Counted from the stretch's first letter, positions 13,766-26,227 are shown. The stretch: DNA of 64,000 nucleotides from the human T2T-CHM13v2.0 reference genome, Homo sapiens (GCF_009914755.1 NC_060934.1), one strand, 5' to 3'. The notes: generated by a model not told the origin, from the sequence alone. Translations and numbers: made by a program.

Positions 13766-15169
13766 TGAGTATGGATCTTGGATGGCCTTCTGTTTCTGCT
13801 TTCAGACTTTCCTTATACCTTCCAGTTCCTACTTTTTGAGAATCAGGTGTGGCAGTCAGACAGAGGTGGGGGGGTTTTGTGAAGAAGGGTGTGGCACAGG
13901 GCTTGAATCACCAGGTGTGGGAAAGGCAGGTTGGGCAAGAAGCTGAGACTGGGAGAGGGATTCAGCCCGTCTTGCAGCTCTGTGGTTGCTTCAGGTGGTC
14001 AGAGTTTTCAGGGGGAGGCCCATGGTAGGAAGGCAATTAGTACTGGAAAAGATCAGCTAAAGCAAAGCAACTTACATGGAAAGCAGTATGTAATAGTAAA
14101 TCTAGAAAAAAAAAGTTTGGAATTTAATCTTGCAAGCTGAAACCCAAAAGGATAAAAATATTTGGTATCAAAAACATTTTCAGTTGTAGCTGCAGCTATG
14201 CTCTAATTCTCAGAAAAGCAATTCAACTATTAATTTAATTTTTCTCCATAAGTGTTAATGACAGAATTACACGCTGGCACCATATATCTTTTACTTCATG
14301 TTTGCTTTTATTGTGCAATCATTAAAGTTGTTTATTTTTGTAAAATTAGGACTTTATCAATTTTATGAGGGCCTTTCTTAATCCTTCAGTATTTAAGTCA
14401 GTCTTATAAAATGTTGTTATTGACTTGATTTTTGCTTTTTCAGTTGGCCTAAGGGCATAGGATCAATGGTTTTGGGTGTAATTTGAGCATTTCTCTGTCA
14501 CTTCAGTTGAGTTCGTGAAACGCCACATCTTTTGCAGAAGTTTCGGTTTCATTTTGCAGTTGCTTTGCACCAGAGGCTTATGTAACATTTGACCATCAGA
14601 TGGGCCTAAATTGTTGATACAAGGATCAGGGATGAATGCTACTTGGAAGAGAAGTTTGAGTGGGAACCGGTCAATTCGCTAATGAATAGTTATGATGACT
14701 TTGTTTCCTTATGCAAATTCAAAACTGAAAGTGCTCGAATAGCAAATATTTGGGTAATGAGGTTCTTCCCTATTAAAATGTAAGTACCTAAAGTGCGTCT
14801 TGCTGTGGAAGGGCCCAAAAGGTACAAAATGTACTGGCTTTCAATATCCTGTCATTTCTAGTTAGGTTTAGGTATATATTGGTCATTTGCAGGACTAGAG
14901 CACATTTCATAGCCAGAGTGCCCTGCCCCTCAGGGCACTATTCTTATTTTTTGGGGGGGGTGGGATGGGGGGGGGGCAGATTAATCAGGGATGTATGGAT
15001 CATCCCAGCTTGCCCTGGGAAGCTTCTTGGAATTTGGGTGTACACCTTCTGAAAGTGAATGGATTTGAGTAAAATTTAAGAAAAATACAAAAGAAAAAGG
15101 AAAGCTCTCCATCTTGTTAAAATAAATTTGTTCAGAAAAGTATCGTGAATGTCTATATTCATTCCACTG

Positions 15170-15368
15170 CGACCTTGCCACTGTTGACATTTTAGGTAGA
15201 AAATTGTTTGTTATGGGGGACTGTCTCATATGTTGAAGGATGTATCACAGCATCCCTAGCTTCTACTCACTAGGTACCAGTAACATATCCTTTGTGACAA
15301 TTAAAAATGTCTCCAGACATTGCCAAATGTCCCTCTGGGTCAAAGTCACCCCTGGTTGAGAACCACTG
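15170..15368 (-). mobile_element. MER20 (hAT-Charlie MITE)
   Basis: aaaaatgtctccagacattgccaaatgtccc...ggttgagaaccactg. Confidence 0.9.
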
Positions 15369-15849
15369 ATCTCAGGTTAGCACAGAGAGGCTGCAATGGA
15401 AAGATTGTAGTATGTTAACTAGGTGAAGGGATTGACCACTCCCAGTTCTGAGCAATTTGATGGGTTCTTAAAGAAAGCACAGCCCTTGGAGCTGGGGAAG
15501 GAAGTTTGTGACTCATGGTGGTGAATCTAGGGGGTTCCTGTGTGGGTCCAGTGGAGCAGGTCTGGTGAGAGGGGACACTGGGAGCCCCAGAACTCCGAGC
15601 CCCTGGGGGACGCCAATGAAGCTGTCTATGAGAAACATGTGGGAAGAGGGAGACAGATGAATGATGAATGTTTTCCACGTCCTTGAGTTGTGGGTCACCT
15701 GAGGTCTAGGCCTGCGGTGAGGCCACTCACTCATTTCAGCTCACACTTCGCCCAGTGAGTAATATTTGTTCCAGCCTTTGGGTCACTGTTTACTCTGCCT
15801 CCCCTCTTGTCAGTTCCCTCTGGCCTTCTTTATATCTTTCTGAATATGA

Positions 15850-16150
15850 GTCAGTCTTCAAGATCCAGCTGAAATTCTAGCTCCTAATGGAGCTTCCTCA
15901 ACTATCCTGGCCCACGTTGAGTTCTTCCTGCTCTAATGCTCACATTACTTACCAGAGCTTTTATTTGGGCATTTAATCAAAGGTAGTTGTGTTTCATTAT
16001 ATTCACATCTTGTGTGTTTCTCATGTCCTCACTGAGTCTGTAAGTTCCTTTAAGGCTTAGTCTGTATCATTCTTTTAATCCGCCATGATACACAGCATAG
16101 TATGAGTACATGGTAGGTGTTCAGTACATGCTAAGTGAATCAGAGTAAAT
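15850..16150 (+). mobile_element. L2 LINE 3' fragment
   Basis: ctgtaagttcctttaaggc...acatggtaggtgttcagtacatgctaagtgaat. Confidence 0.65.
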
Positions 16151-17354
16151 GGAAGTCAGTCTTCTTGCTCATCCTCTCAGTGTCATTTATGTCTTCCAGA
16201 TCCTCTCCACACACTCCAGCCCTATTTCTTTAAATAGTTTAAGGAGACAGCACATTGTTTGACAGTTCTGCAAACATAAAAAATAATTTATCTCACACTT
16301 AATTTTTATCTGAAGACAAGTTTAATATTTTCAAGCATTGCATTTTTATTTTTAAGTTCTTACATCCTTTTTGTTTCTCTTAATGTCATTTTGGCTTCAA
16401 AGGGTATAATTTTGAAATTATGAGTACTGTAGGACTTGTTAGTATTTCTTCTTTGTGTGTATAATGTTTCAAGAACTGTTGATGGCTAAATGTCATTTTT
16501 ATACTTTTTGGATTCATAACAGTTCAGTTAAATTCAAAAATAATTAATAATATTATGTATCTTAGAAATAGCTGTCATGTATCTGGTGGATATGACATAT
16601 TGTTAGATATTTTAAGTTAAAAGTTCTGTATGCAGGCCAAGTTGAGAACGATGAGGAGCAGACTGTTTTATAGACAAGCAGAAGGATATAGTAGATTTAT
16701 GACAAAGCATATTACCATAATGTAACCATGCTTGGAAAACTGTGTGGCTTCTCAACTCAAAAAATAAACTAGTGATCAGTAGCCTATCTCAAACACTTTT
16801 TTTTTTGCTTTATTTATATCTGGTTTCATTCTGAAAACAGCAAGACAACTGACAAGTTAAATAAGATATTACCACTAAATAACAACGTACCCACGGCAGT
16901 TTTCCCAGATCCTTGAGGGCAGCTTAGACATATTGGCTCTTTGATTTTTAGAACTTAAGCAGGGATGAAAGCTCTCCATAAAGGGTCATTGTTTCCAAAA
17001 TGGAGCTTTCCAGGCTGGAAGGAAACAAGGCTTTCAAGAATGATATCAGCGGTGGGAGGTGTGGGGGAGGATCCCCTGGCCTAGCCTCAGTCGGGAAGTG
17101 GTTTATCTACATTCACTTAGCTCTGTCCTAGTCAATTGAAACCAACTGGCCGTTAACTTTTCCTTCACAGAAGTGGATTGTTCTTCCACTGTAGATTTTG
17201 TGGGGCCTTCCTGAGAGGGGCCTATCAAGAAGGTTAGGCCTGTCCACACAAGGATTCTCCATGTTATTTTTATAGGAAGAGGTCAGATTTAGCCTTTGCA
17301 ATTCTTTTGGTCTGACTCAAACAAGCATTGGAGATTTTCCTCTTATAAATCTGT

Positions 17355-17517
17355 TTTTTTGAGATGGGGTCTTGCTATGTTGCCCAGGCTGGAGTGTAAC
17401 AGCTATTCATAGGTGCAACCACAGCACACTACAGCCTCAAACTCCTGAGCTCAAGCAATCCTCCTGCATCAACCTCTCCAGTAGCTGGGACTACAGGCAT
17501 GCACAACTGTGCCCGGC
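17355..17517 (-). mobile_element. FAM (fossil Alu monomer, 7SL-derived)
   Basis: Single monomer with the FAM-diagnostic gctattcataggtgc...cactacagcctc; TSD ttcctcttataaat (17337-17350)/ttccttttataaat (17518-17531). Confidence 0.85.
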
Positions 17518-19729
17518 TTCCTTTTATAAATAGGTTTTCAGCTTGCAAAGAAATGAGCGACAGCTTATTGCATTGATTCTAACAGTGTTGTATCCTCAGG
17601 TATTGGAAAATTCCACTAGTGGTCAACATAATGGGTCATGATGTCCCATGTGGGGACTTAACCACAGTCAGTATGATCCTGGTCCAGTGGTCCCCCGAAC
17701 ATGTGTGAGTCATATGTAATGAGGATGTAAGCAGCTCTTGTGCGTGGGGAAACCTCCCACATCCCACTGAGGAGTCTCTGTTTGAGCTACTCCAAAGGAA
17801 TCTCTTGGTGGCTCCACAGAGCAGTCTTCTTGTTCCCACCTCAATTCTTATGGCATTGTCCAAGGTAGCAATGTTCCTGGCTGTCTTTTCACAGTCTTAC
17901 TTTCAAGGAGCTCCAAAACCTCTAGAGATCTCCAGCGTAGAGGTAGACCTGGAAACATGACAAGTGCAGGCCTTGGGGATGCTGACTTAAGATTCTGAGG
18001 CAGAAGAAAAGTGTAGAGAGCACACTCCTCTGTTTGCCTCAGACCTGGGGGCCAGGACACTGAGCCTGCTATGAATACCCAGCTTGAGGAGTTTAGTTAG
18101 CAAACCATGAGGCTACTATAATTTGCTTTAATATCTGCCTCTTTCCCTTTGCTGTTGATATTAATTAACCTTACCCCAAACTCAAGGAGAAGCAGAGAAG
18201 AAGCTATTTACAACTTCCTTTATTATTGATCAACTCAGAACCACATTCATTCAGTGCCACTTAGATGCTGAACACTGAGGAAAGCATTGTGGACCAATGA
18301 TGGAGAAAGCCTTTTACAACTGCTGCTATTGCTGCTTTTTCTCTCGAGAACTTGAGAATTTGGGTCCTGGAAGAACTCACAGAGATGATTCAGTCCAGTA
18401 GTTCGCAAGGTTCTAGAAATCATCTGGGGGCATATTGGAGGAAGAAGGGACCCTGATCCACTCTCAGAAACCACTAGGTTTTCCTGTACTATTTGTTGGA
18501 CTTGATTTGGAAAAAGAGTTCTGCATGCCAACATAAGCTTGAAATGCAGCCTTCTTATTTTACAAAGGGGGAAACTGAGGTTCATGGGCCAGAAGGAACT
18601 TAAGATGGAAATTTGGGGATTATTTCCCATTCCATGTTTGGCTGTATCCCTGTAATATTTTCAGTGCTATTTTGGGATTCATATTTGTATCAGTTACCAG
18701 AGATTGGTTCCCCTAAGTAAATCAATTGGACACTATTAGCAAGGGAATTGCATGCTGTACATTTTACCCTGTCTTAGAGAGAAGAAAAGTTCCTATCTCC
18801 TGTTTGCATATCTTTTATGAAAACAATTTAAACCGCACCTGTTTAAACCTTTCCACAGAAATGTCTGAAAGGTAAACAGTTGGTTTTGGAGCAGCTATAA
18901 CGTGGCATTGTTTAACATGGCAGCTCACTGATGGTTGTCTTTAATTATGGCCGTGCTGTCAACCCCTGAAGTCCCTGCTCTTTGTTGTAGATCCGATATG
19001 ACGTTTGAGGTTTTCAAAGCTGCAGAGATGAAAGAATCAACAGTCAAATATTGCTCATTCTGATATGCTTAAGGAGCGAGGAGGGGGCATTGCCCATGAG
19101 GGCTGCAGAGCCGGGGAGGGAAAGCTGGTGCCCTCTGCTTTTGATGGCAACCTTGAGTGGGGAGCCGGGTTTACTCTGTTTGTAAGGGAGCAGGGCCAAG
19201 GCTGGGGGAGACGGAAATGATTTATTCAGTGATGGTAAACAAGTGCAGAGTACAGGCTGCCGAGCTGTGCAGGGCTGGTGGGAAAGCTGGCTGTCTCTTG
19301 CCCCCAGCAGTTTGAACATTAAAGATGTGAAGCTCAAAGCAGACCCAACAAGGCTTTCTGGAACCTCCCCCAGCCCCTTCCATTTCCTTTGTCTTCAATC
19401 TCCCAGAGCTGTGTGTCTCTGGGCCATCACATACTGCTGCTATTCAGGGTGTTAATTGTGGGTTGGTCCCATCTCAGACCAAAGGTAGCCTTTTGGGGGC
19501 TGCTTCAGTCTGGCTCCTGTTATTGCTAACATGGGTTGCCACTAGCTCTTTTCTCAGACAGAGCTGTCCCATGGCATCTGTGCCTGGCAGAGCAGTCTCC
19601 TGCTTCTGCAACAAGCTGCTTTTGTTGAAGGGCTATGTCTTCAGAATCTGTTTAGGTGTGTGAGCCACCTCTGCTGGGTACCCTCCTGACTGGGGACCTA
19701 CTTTTTCACTTCACTCCCAGCTCCCACTT

Positions 19730-19955
19730 GAGAGGCATTGTGGTCTAGCGGTTAAGAGTGCTGGCCTTAGCCAGGCTGCCGGGATCTGAATCCTGGTCTT
19801 GCCACTCACTAGTTCTGTGATTTGGGGCAGGTTTCTCTGGGTTTGTTTCCTCCTTGTAAGATGGTAGTAACAGTGGAACACATGTTGTGGTCATGATGAA
19901 GCCTATGTGACTTAATATATAGGATAGTGTCCAGCACAAAGCAGGTGCTATAAAT
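19730..19955 (+). mobile_element. MIR SINE
   Basis: gcggttaagagtg...tgaatcctggtcttgccactcactagttctgtga...gtttcctcc. Confidence 0.85.
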
Positions 19956-20176
19956 ATATATTTATATATAACACAGATAGTGAATAGTTATATATAATGC
20001 ACATATATGCTATATGATGTATAATGTATAATTTATATATTCACACAATTATAAGAGTAAGTTTAACTGGCCCAGCAGGGGAGGGAACAGTAAACACACT
20101 ATAATCTGATTCATTTCTGGGGAGATCCACCCTAGCCCCAGAGTAGAGATGAATCTTCCCTCTTGTCCATCTATTT

Positions 20177-20475
20177 CTTTCTTTCTTTTTTTTGAGACAG
20201 GGTCTCACTCTGTCACCTAGGCTGGAGTACAGTGACGTGATCTTGGCTCACTGCAACCTCTGCCTCCTGGGTTCTGGTGATTCTCCTGCCTCAGCCCCCT
20301 GAGTAGGTGGGACTACAGGTGCACGCCACCATGCCCAGATAATTTTTGTATTTTTAGTAGGGACGGGGTTCCACCATGTTGGCCAAGATGATCTCGAACT
20401 CCTGGCCTCAAGTGATCCTCTGACCTCATCCTCCCAAAGTGCTGGGATTACAGACATGAGCCACCATGCCTGGCC
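20177..20475 (-). mobile_element. AluS
   Basis: Full-length reverse Alu; TSD ttgtccatctattt (20163-20176)/ttgtccgtctattt (20476-20489). Confidence 0.97.
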
Positions 20476-21074
20476 TTGTCCGTCTATTTTTTAAGTATTT
20501 CAACTTCTGCCACCTTCCCCCTGCTCTGTGAGTATTCCTAGCTCACTGATACTTGCCCGTTAATTGTGAACATCCATGTTATTGGAGGCCAGATCCTGTC
20601 TTAATCATGGAAACTTTTCATTCTCTGCTTTCTCTGTAGTCAATCAATGAGGATGGGGGAGGCACCTGTGGTCAGCTTGGCATGGTGCTGCCTGCTGTGG
20701 GGTTTACAGAAGTAGGATCAGACATAACTCCTACCTTTAAAGAACTTTCAATGAAACTGGAAAATCAAAATGAACTCTCATGAAATATTTAAGAGCAACA
20801 CTCACCTGGTTAAAGAGATTAGTCAGTTTATTCACTATCTTGTCACTATTTCCAAGGAATAGACTAGCAGTATCTAAAAGGATGAACTAGAGAAAAGGCA
20901 GAAGTGCTTTCTGCCTTGGAGAGGGTTGAGACCAGTGCTGAAGGTCATGGTTTCACAAGAACTTAGCTATTACCTTGGGCCAGAAGGGAAGGGATCCAAG
21001 TAGGAATAAATTGGCCTATTTGTAGGAATAAGGGAAGTTCACATTTATCTGGGAATGACTGTGATCAGAGCACC

Positions 21075-21280
21075 CAGCTAGATGTATGTCTAGTATCATT
21101 TAATCCTCCCAGCTAGCTTCTGGAATAGGTGGTATTAAATGGTTCTTTTGTAAAGGTAGGAGAGCTAGGGTTCTGTGATAATAAGTAATATTTTAAAGTA
21201 TCATAGCCATTAAGTTTGCAGAGCTGAGAAATTTTTACACAAGTCAGCATGACTCTAAAATCTTGTGCTCTTTTCACTTC
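21075..21280 (-). mobile_element. MIR fragment
   Basis: tcatttaatcctc...gcagagctgaga...tgactctaaaatcttgtgctctt. Confidence 0.6.
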
Positions 21281-21679
21281 TGTAAGAAAGGGACACTAGC
21301 TACTGTTTTTCTCATTTCAGTTTTGGATGAATTAAGCTAGAAAACATTTATATTTGACCCCTTTTGCCCCTCTCCCCCACCCCAATAAAAGCAAGAAATA
21401 ACTACCATTGGCCACCACATTCTCCTCTGGGACCAGTAGAGAAAACAGTGATATTATCAGCAAAAGCCTAATTACACTACCCAGGAAAAACAAGAAACCT
21501 CCCAAAGTCATGGCCAAGCCAAGCAAAGCTCTGGGAGAAATTCCTGGGACATTCAGCAAGAGCAACCTAAAAGGGCTTTTGAGCAGAAATTGAAGCCAAA
21601 TAAAAATACTGCATGCTAGCCCTGGGCCCATAAACAGTACTGGAATTGCAGAGCTAGGGCATCATGCTTGGAGTGGTAG

Positions 21680-22490
21680 CCAAGCCAGGCTAGGCTCTGC
21701 TGTTGTAACAAATTAACCCTGAAATCTCAGTGGCTTAACACCACAAGGCTTCGTTTCTTGCTCACCTTATAGGCCCAGTGAGGGTTGGTGTTGAGGGAGC
21801 CTGGCTTCTTGTAGTGACTCAGGGATCTGGCTGGATGAAGGCTCTGGCATCTTGTGGCTGTACCTTCTGGATCATGAGACCTCCAAGGTTGCATGGGAGG
21901 GGGAGTGAATTGAATAGTGACCCCCCCAGCCCTACAAATTTATGTCTACCTGGAACCTAAGAGTGTGACCTGATTTGGAAATAGATTCTTTGCAGATATA
22001 GTTACTTAAGGATCTCGAGATGAAATCATACTGGATTTAGAGTGGACCCTAGATCCAAAAACTGGTGACTTTGTAAGAGAAAGGAGGAGATCTAGACACA
22101 GAGACACACAGAGGGAAGAAGGCCATATGAAGATAGGAAGAGATTGGAGTGATGCTGTGGCAAGATGGTTAAGCCGGAGCCACCAGGAATTGGAAGAGCC
22201 AGGGAGAGATTCTCCCCTAGGGCCTTTGGAGGGGATGTGACCCTACTGACACTGGATTTTAGATTCCTTGTACCCATAAAAGTGAAAGAATAAATTTCTG
22301 TTGTTTTAAGTCATTGCATTTATTGTCATGGCTATAGTAGCTAGTATGGGAGATCTGTACTGTGATGTGACTCACATCCCTTTTTTGCTATATTGACTAG
22401 AACTCAAACCAACTGTGAGGGAGAATGTCAAATGTTGCCATCTGTGTGCCCAGGAGAAGGAGAGTGAAACAGGATTTGGTGAACACATGT
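21680..22490 (-). mobile_element. Old MaLR LTR (MLT1J/K-like), interrupted at ~21903-22345 by a younger LTR
   Basis: gctgttgtaacaaattaaccctgaaatctcagtggcttaaca...; resumes at ~22360 with ...gtgtgcccaggagaaggag...atttggtgaaca. Confidence 0.7.
21903..22345 (+). mobile_element. MaLR solo LTR (MLT1B/C-like)
   Basis: gtgacctgatttggaaatagattctttgcagat, gattctcccctag, aataaatttctgttgttttaag. Confidence 0.88.
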
Positions 22491-23049
22491 TCACCCCTGT
22501 ACTTTGGGTACAGTACCAAGAGTAAGGGATAGAGACCTGGAATATAGATCTCCCTGCTGACAGAGATGCTTTCAGGAGCCATCAGGGAGACCACAGGATC
22601 ACTGCAGGTCAAAGCAGGACAGCAATAGCTGGAGGACATGGCTCTGAAGGTGAATGTGAGCTATCCATAGTTGACATCAGAGTCCATAGAAATGCAAGAG
22701 GAGGGTCAAGCAAAAAAGCAAGAACCCACCCCAACAGACTGGGGATGATATGCAGGTTCTGAGGCCAAACAAGAAGGCACAAGTACTAGGGCCAGTGGGG
22801 TCTCATTGCCCCTCACTGGGCAGCTGCTCAGAGGTTGCTTGAGAGCAGGCGAGTCTCCCTGGCTCCCCTTCCTGGGAGTGTGTCAGGATAGTTTTGCTCA
22901 TCTGTGTGTCTCCAGTTGCTAGCACTGTGTGGGTACCCAGCAAGTGTTGTTGTGTCCTGCCTTTCATCAGGGGCATGTTTGAAACCATAGGCTGTATGAT
23001 AGCAATTTCAAGCTCAAACTTGCCATTACCTAAAGGAATAAGTCTTAAC

Positions 23050-23405
23050 TCTTTAGTATGATTGGAACTTCCCCCTTGTCCCTGCCAGAGCATGGTGATC
23101 TGTCTTGAGCCTCCATGCCTTTGCACCTGGCATCCTCTTTCTCCGAAGTGACCCACTCTTCCTTTTCCACCTTGTGAAGACTTGCCTTGATATCACTGTA
23201 GCAGAATCTTCCCTGATTGCCCCAGGTAGTCATACCTTTCCTCATTGACCTCCTCATTGGCCTTTGTATTTAACTTATATGGTGCAGCAATATTGAAATC
23301 ATTTCTTTATTTTTCTGTTTGCCTCACTTGACTGAATTTTGCATTTTTCATTCACCTCTTTGTCCCAGTGCCTGGCTCATAATAACCTCCGATACATTTT
23401 TGTTA
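23050..23405 (+). mobile_element. L2 fragment
   Basis: cctccatgcctttgcac...cttccctgattgcccc...cagtgcctggctcataa. Confidence 0.65.
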
Positions 23406-23829
23406 TAGAAGAAACATCATTTCTCCCAGGGACTCCTTTCAGACAGCTGCAGAAACAACCACTAGTAGTTCTCAGGAATGGAGATGATATTATGATTATT
23501 GACTAATTAATTGGTTATTGATTTATTATTCACCATGAGAAATATAGATGGGAGAAATAAATGAGGAAAAAGATCAAAATGGGTTAGAGTATACCGTTTG
23601 TGGAGAACAACAATAACAACAGCAAACATTTCTGTATTGATTTAAGATTTATAAAGTGCTTTAATGCGAACATTATCTTATTTGTTCTCATTGTAACACA
23701 GTGAGGGAAGCGAGGCTATAACTGTAAATCTTTTTGCTGATACCCCTCATGGATGATTCGATTCACATGCAAACTAGTGAGCAAAGAGGAGAAGAGGAGA
23801 AGAAAGGAGGAAAAAAGAGGTTTAGGTAA

Positions 23830-24015
23830 GGGAAAGTTGCTTTATTTAGTTTCTATTCTTTAATATTCATAACTAATTCTGCGAGGTCAATCTCACCACT
23901 CCCATTTTGCAGATGAGATCACAGAGAATTGAGGTGGTAACTTGTTTCAAATCCCCCAGCTGATGAGTAGTAGAGATTGGATTCACACCCAGGTTTTCTC
24001 TCTCTCTGAAGCCCT
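23830..24015 (-). mobile_element. MIR fragment
   Basis: cccattttgcagatgag...ggattcacacccagg. Confidence 0.7.
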
Positions 24016-25139
24016 GGTCACCTGTTTGGCCCTGGGGTGATGGGGAGAAGGTTCTGGCTGTGTCTTGGCTATCTCCTGCCTCTCCCTCTGTGGGGAATGT
24101 GTTCGAGGATCACAGCTACAGCTTTTCGGATACCCTTTCCTTTGTGAAGCATGTGAGAACCAACATTGCATCTCGGCAAGATTTAAAAGGAATTGTTGAT
24201 GACCTGCTGAGGTATTTTCATTTTGTTCCTGGAAATGATTAATCTTGAGGCTTTGTGATGGCCTTTGTCACAAATAGCCTTCCTTAATCCATAATTTTCT
24301 CACTTTCCTTTAAGGTAATATTTTGCATTTAAGAAATAAAAACAAGCAAAATAATCCTGCTGTGAGGATATGAATGCAGTGTTTGTGTGTGGGGGTGTGT
24401 GTGTGTGATGCTGACCAAGGTCTAAATTCACCTGAAATGAATTAGAAAAACCACCTTTTTAAAATAAGTTCAGTTTGTCTTTTTTGCTAACTCTATTTGT
24501 CAATCTTACCTCTTCCTTTTATTATTATTTTTTCTTCTTCCTCTTTAGCAGATGGGATGGAATATTTCTGTTTTGTTTTTTATGGGTGATTTTTCACCGG
24601 CTTCTTCCACTTTATATTGAGTCACTTAACATCCTGTGAAGCGGAAAGGAGGCCGGTACTTTCAGCCTGAGGTCGGCCAGGGTGCTGCAATTCCGGACAG
24701 AGAGATGTTTTTCCCTTGGGTTGGGAATGGCATGTTCTGAGCTTCTTTTGACTTCTAGTCCTCGCTGCCGGTGCAGTTCCAAGTAGAGTCAACATAAAGC
24801 CAGGCACTTGTGAGATGGAGACCGGGGCGAAACTGCAAGCAGATGCCCTTTGCTGACTGTTGAAGAAAGAGGATCTGGCTGAAAGACCCGCAACTTTTAC
24901 TTGTTGAGAACCTTTAGCCAGCGCCGGCGTGCATGTGTTTTAGTTTTATTCTTTTTCCCTTGCCCCCAAAGCCGTGGAGTACCTGCTGTTGCTCTCATGC
25001 CTCTTGCCAACAGTGGCATCTGCTCAGTGTAGCCATCAAGAATTTGAATGTCAATATCTTTGCCTTGAAATGAATGGAAAAGTATTTGTCACTCAGCGGC
25101 AATCATTCTTCAAATAAAAGGTTAGCCAGACAGGACCCT

Positions 25140-25270
25140 TAATCAAAGAGTCGGTCTTTTCTGTCAGCAGTGCCTTTTAAATAGCAATGATGAAGGCTGG
25201 CTGTCAGGGTAGGACTTGATGAGCGAGATGATTGATCTGCATAAATCATTTTCTTTTAACATTGTCAGTG
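25140..25270. promoter_or_regulatory. Candidate developmental enhancer core (PBX-HOX, MEIS and TCF motifs)
   Basis: ATCAAAG 25142-25148, CTGTCA 25161-25166 and 25201-25206, TGATTGAT 25229-25236, ATAAATCA 25241-25248, TTGTCA 25262-25267, all in repeat-free sequence; function is inferred from motifs only. Confidence 0.45.
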
Positions 25271-25659
25271 AAGAGTAAATTGGTGGGACATTTTGGGTAT
25301 TAGCTGTGTTGAAATTAATATGCAGTATCCTAGGTGTGTCCTCGATCACATAGTCCTCATAAAAGAAGGTAGAAATTAAAAGGAGGCTTTTAGGCATGCA
25401 TTGTTCTAACAAGAAAGTTGCACCATTCTTACTGCTGTGGTCATCATCTTGCATGCTAAATTCGGAAGTTGAGTGTGTAGCACATTTTACAAGCTCCAAA
25501 AGGAATCTAGTTAATTTGGGAATTAGCTAGAGTCAGTAGCATTTAACAACCAGTAAATCTGTAAAGACTTACTGCTCAGAGGCAAAAAAAAAAAAAAAAA
25601 AAGTCTGAGAATGGTTTCTGGTTTTATAGGATAGGGTATCTACTACCTAGCATGCTGTT

Positions 25660-25905
25660 GTAGAAATAGACTCAGCTTTAGATGAGGCTTAGGCTTGAAT
25701 CCACGTGCCATCCCTCCAAAGTGAGTCTCCTTGACCATGATGTAAGTATTAACCTTTTTGAGTCTGTTTCTTTGTCTCTAAAAATGGGATTTCATTAGTT
25801 ACCTTGGGTGGATTTGCTTTTGGTATTAAACAGAGCAATCTAGGTGAAAGCGCCAGGCACATTACCTGGGACATGGTGAGCAAGTGCTCAATAAATGTTC
25901 ATCTC
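25660..25905 (+). mobile_element. MIR SINE
   Basis: ttaacctttttgagtctgtttctttgtctctaaaaatggga...aagtgctcaataaatgtt. Confidence 0.75.
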
Positions 25906-26227
25906 CTCCCTTTCTTTCAATCAAGCGAAATGCCCCAAACCAGCCAAGATGTCAAGATTAAGGATATGCCCTCATGGTCAAAATAAATAATACATTGCCT
26001 GGTTTGGGTCATTCTGTATTTACTGGAATATCTTATGGCCATTTTTATGTCAAAAACATATTTCAGCAAGGCAGAAGCAATACCTAATTGCCGAATACTG
26101 AAAATAGGGAATGAGGTGGAAGGAATGGGAGAGAAATATGGCCAGGGACACTTGGTTTTTCTTACCATTACACTCTAGATTATGTGTCTGGGTTCATATG
26201 ATTAAACTCTGAACAAGTGAAACCAAT

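Noticed and set aside
25584-25602. A19 tract
   Set aside because: No upstream retro-copy or TSD; simple homopolymer that could cause oligo-dT mispriming
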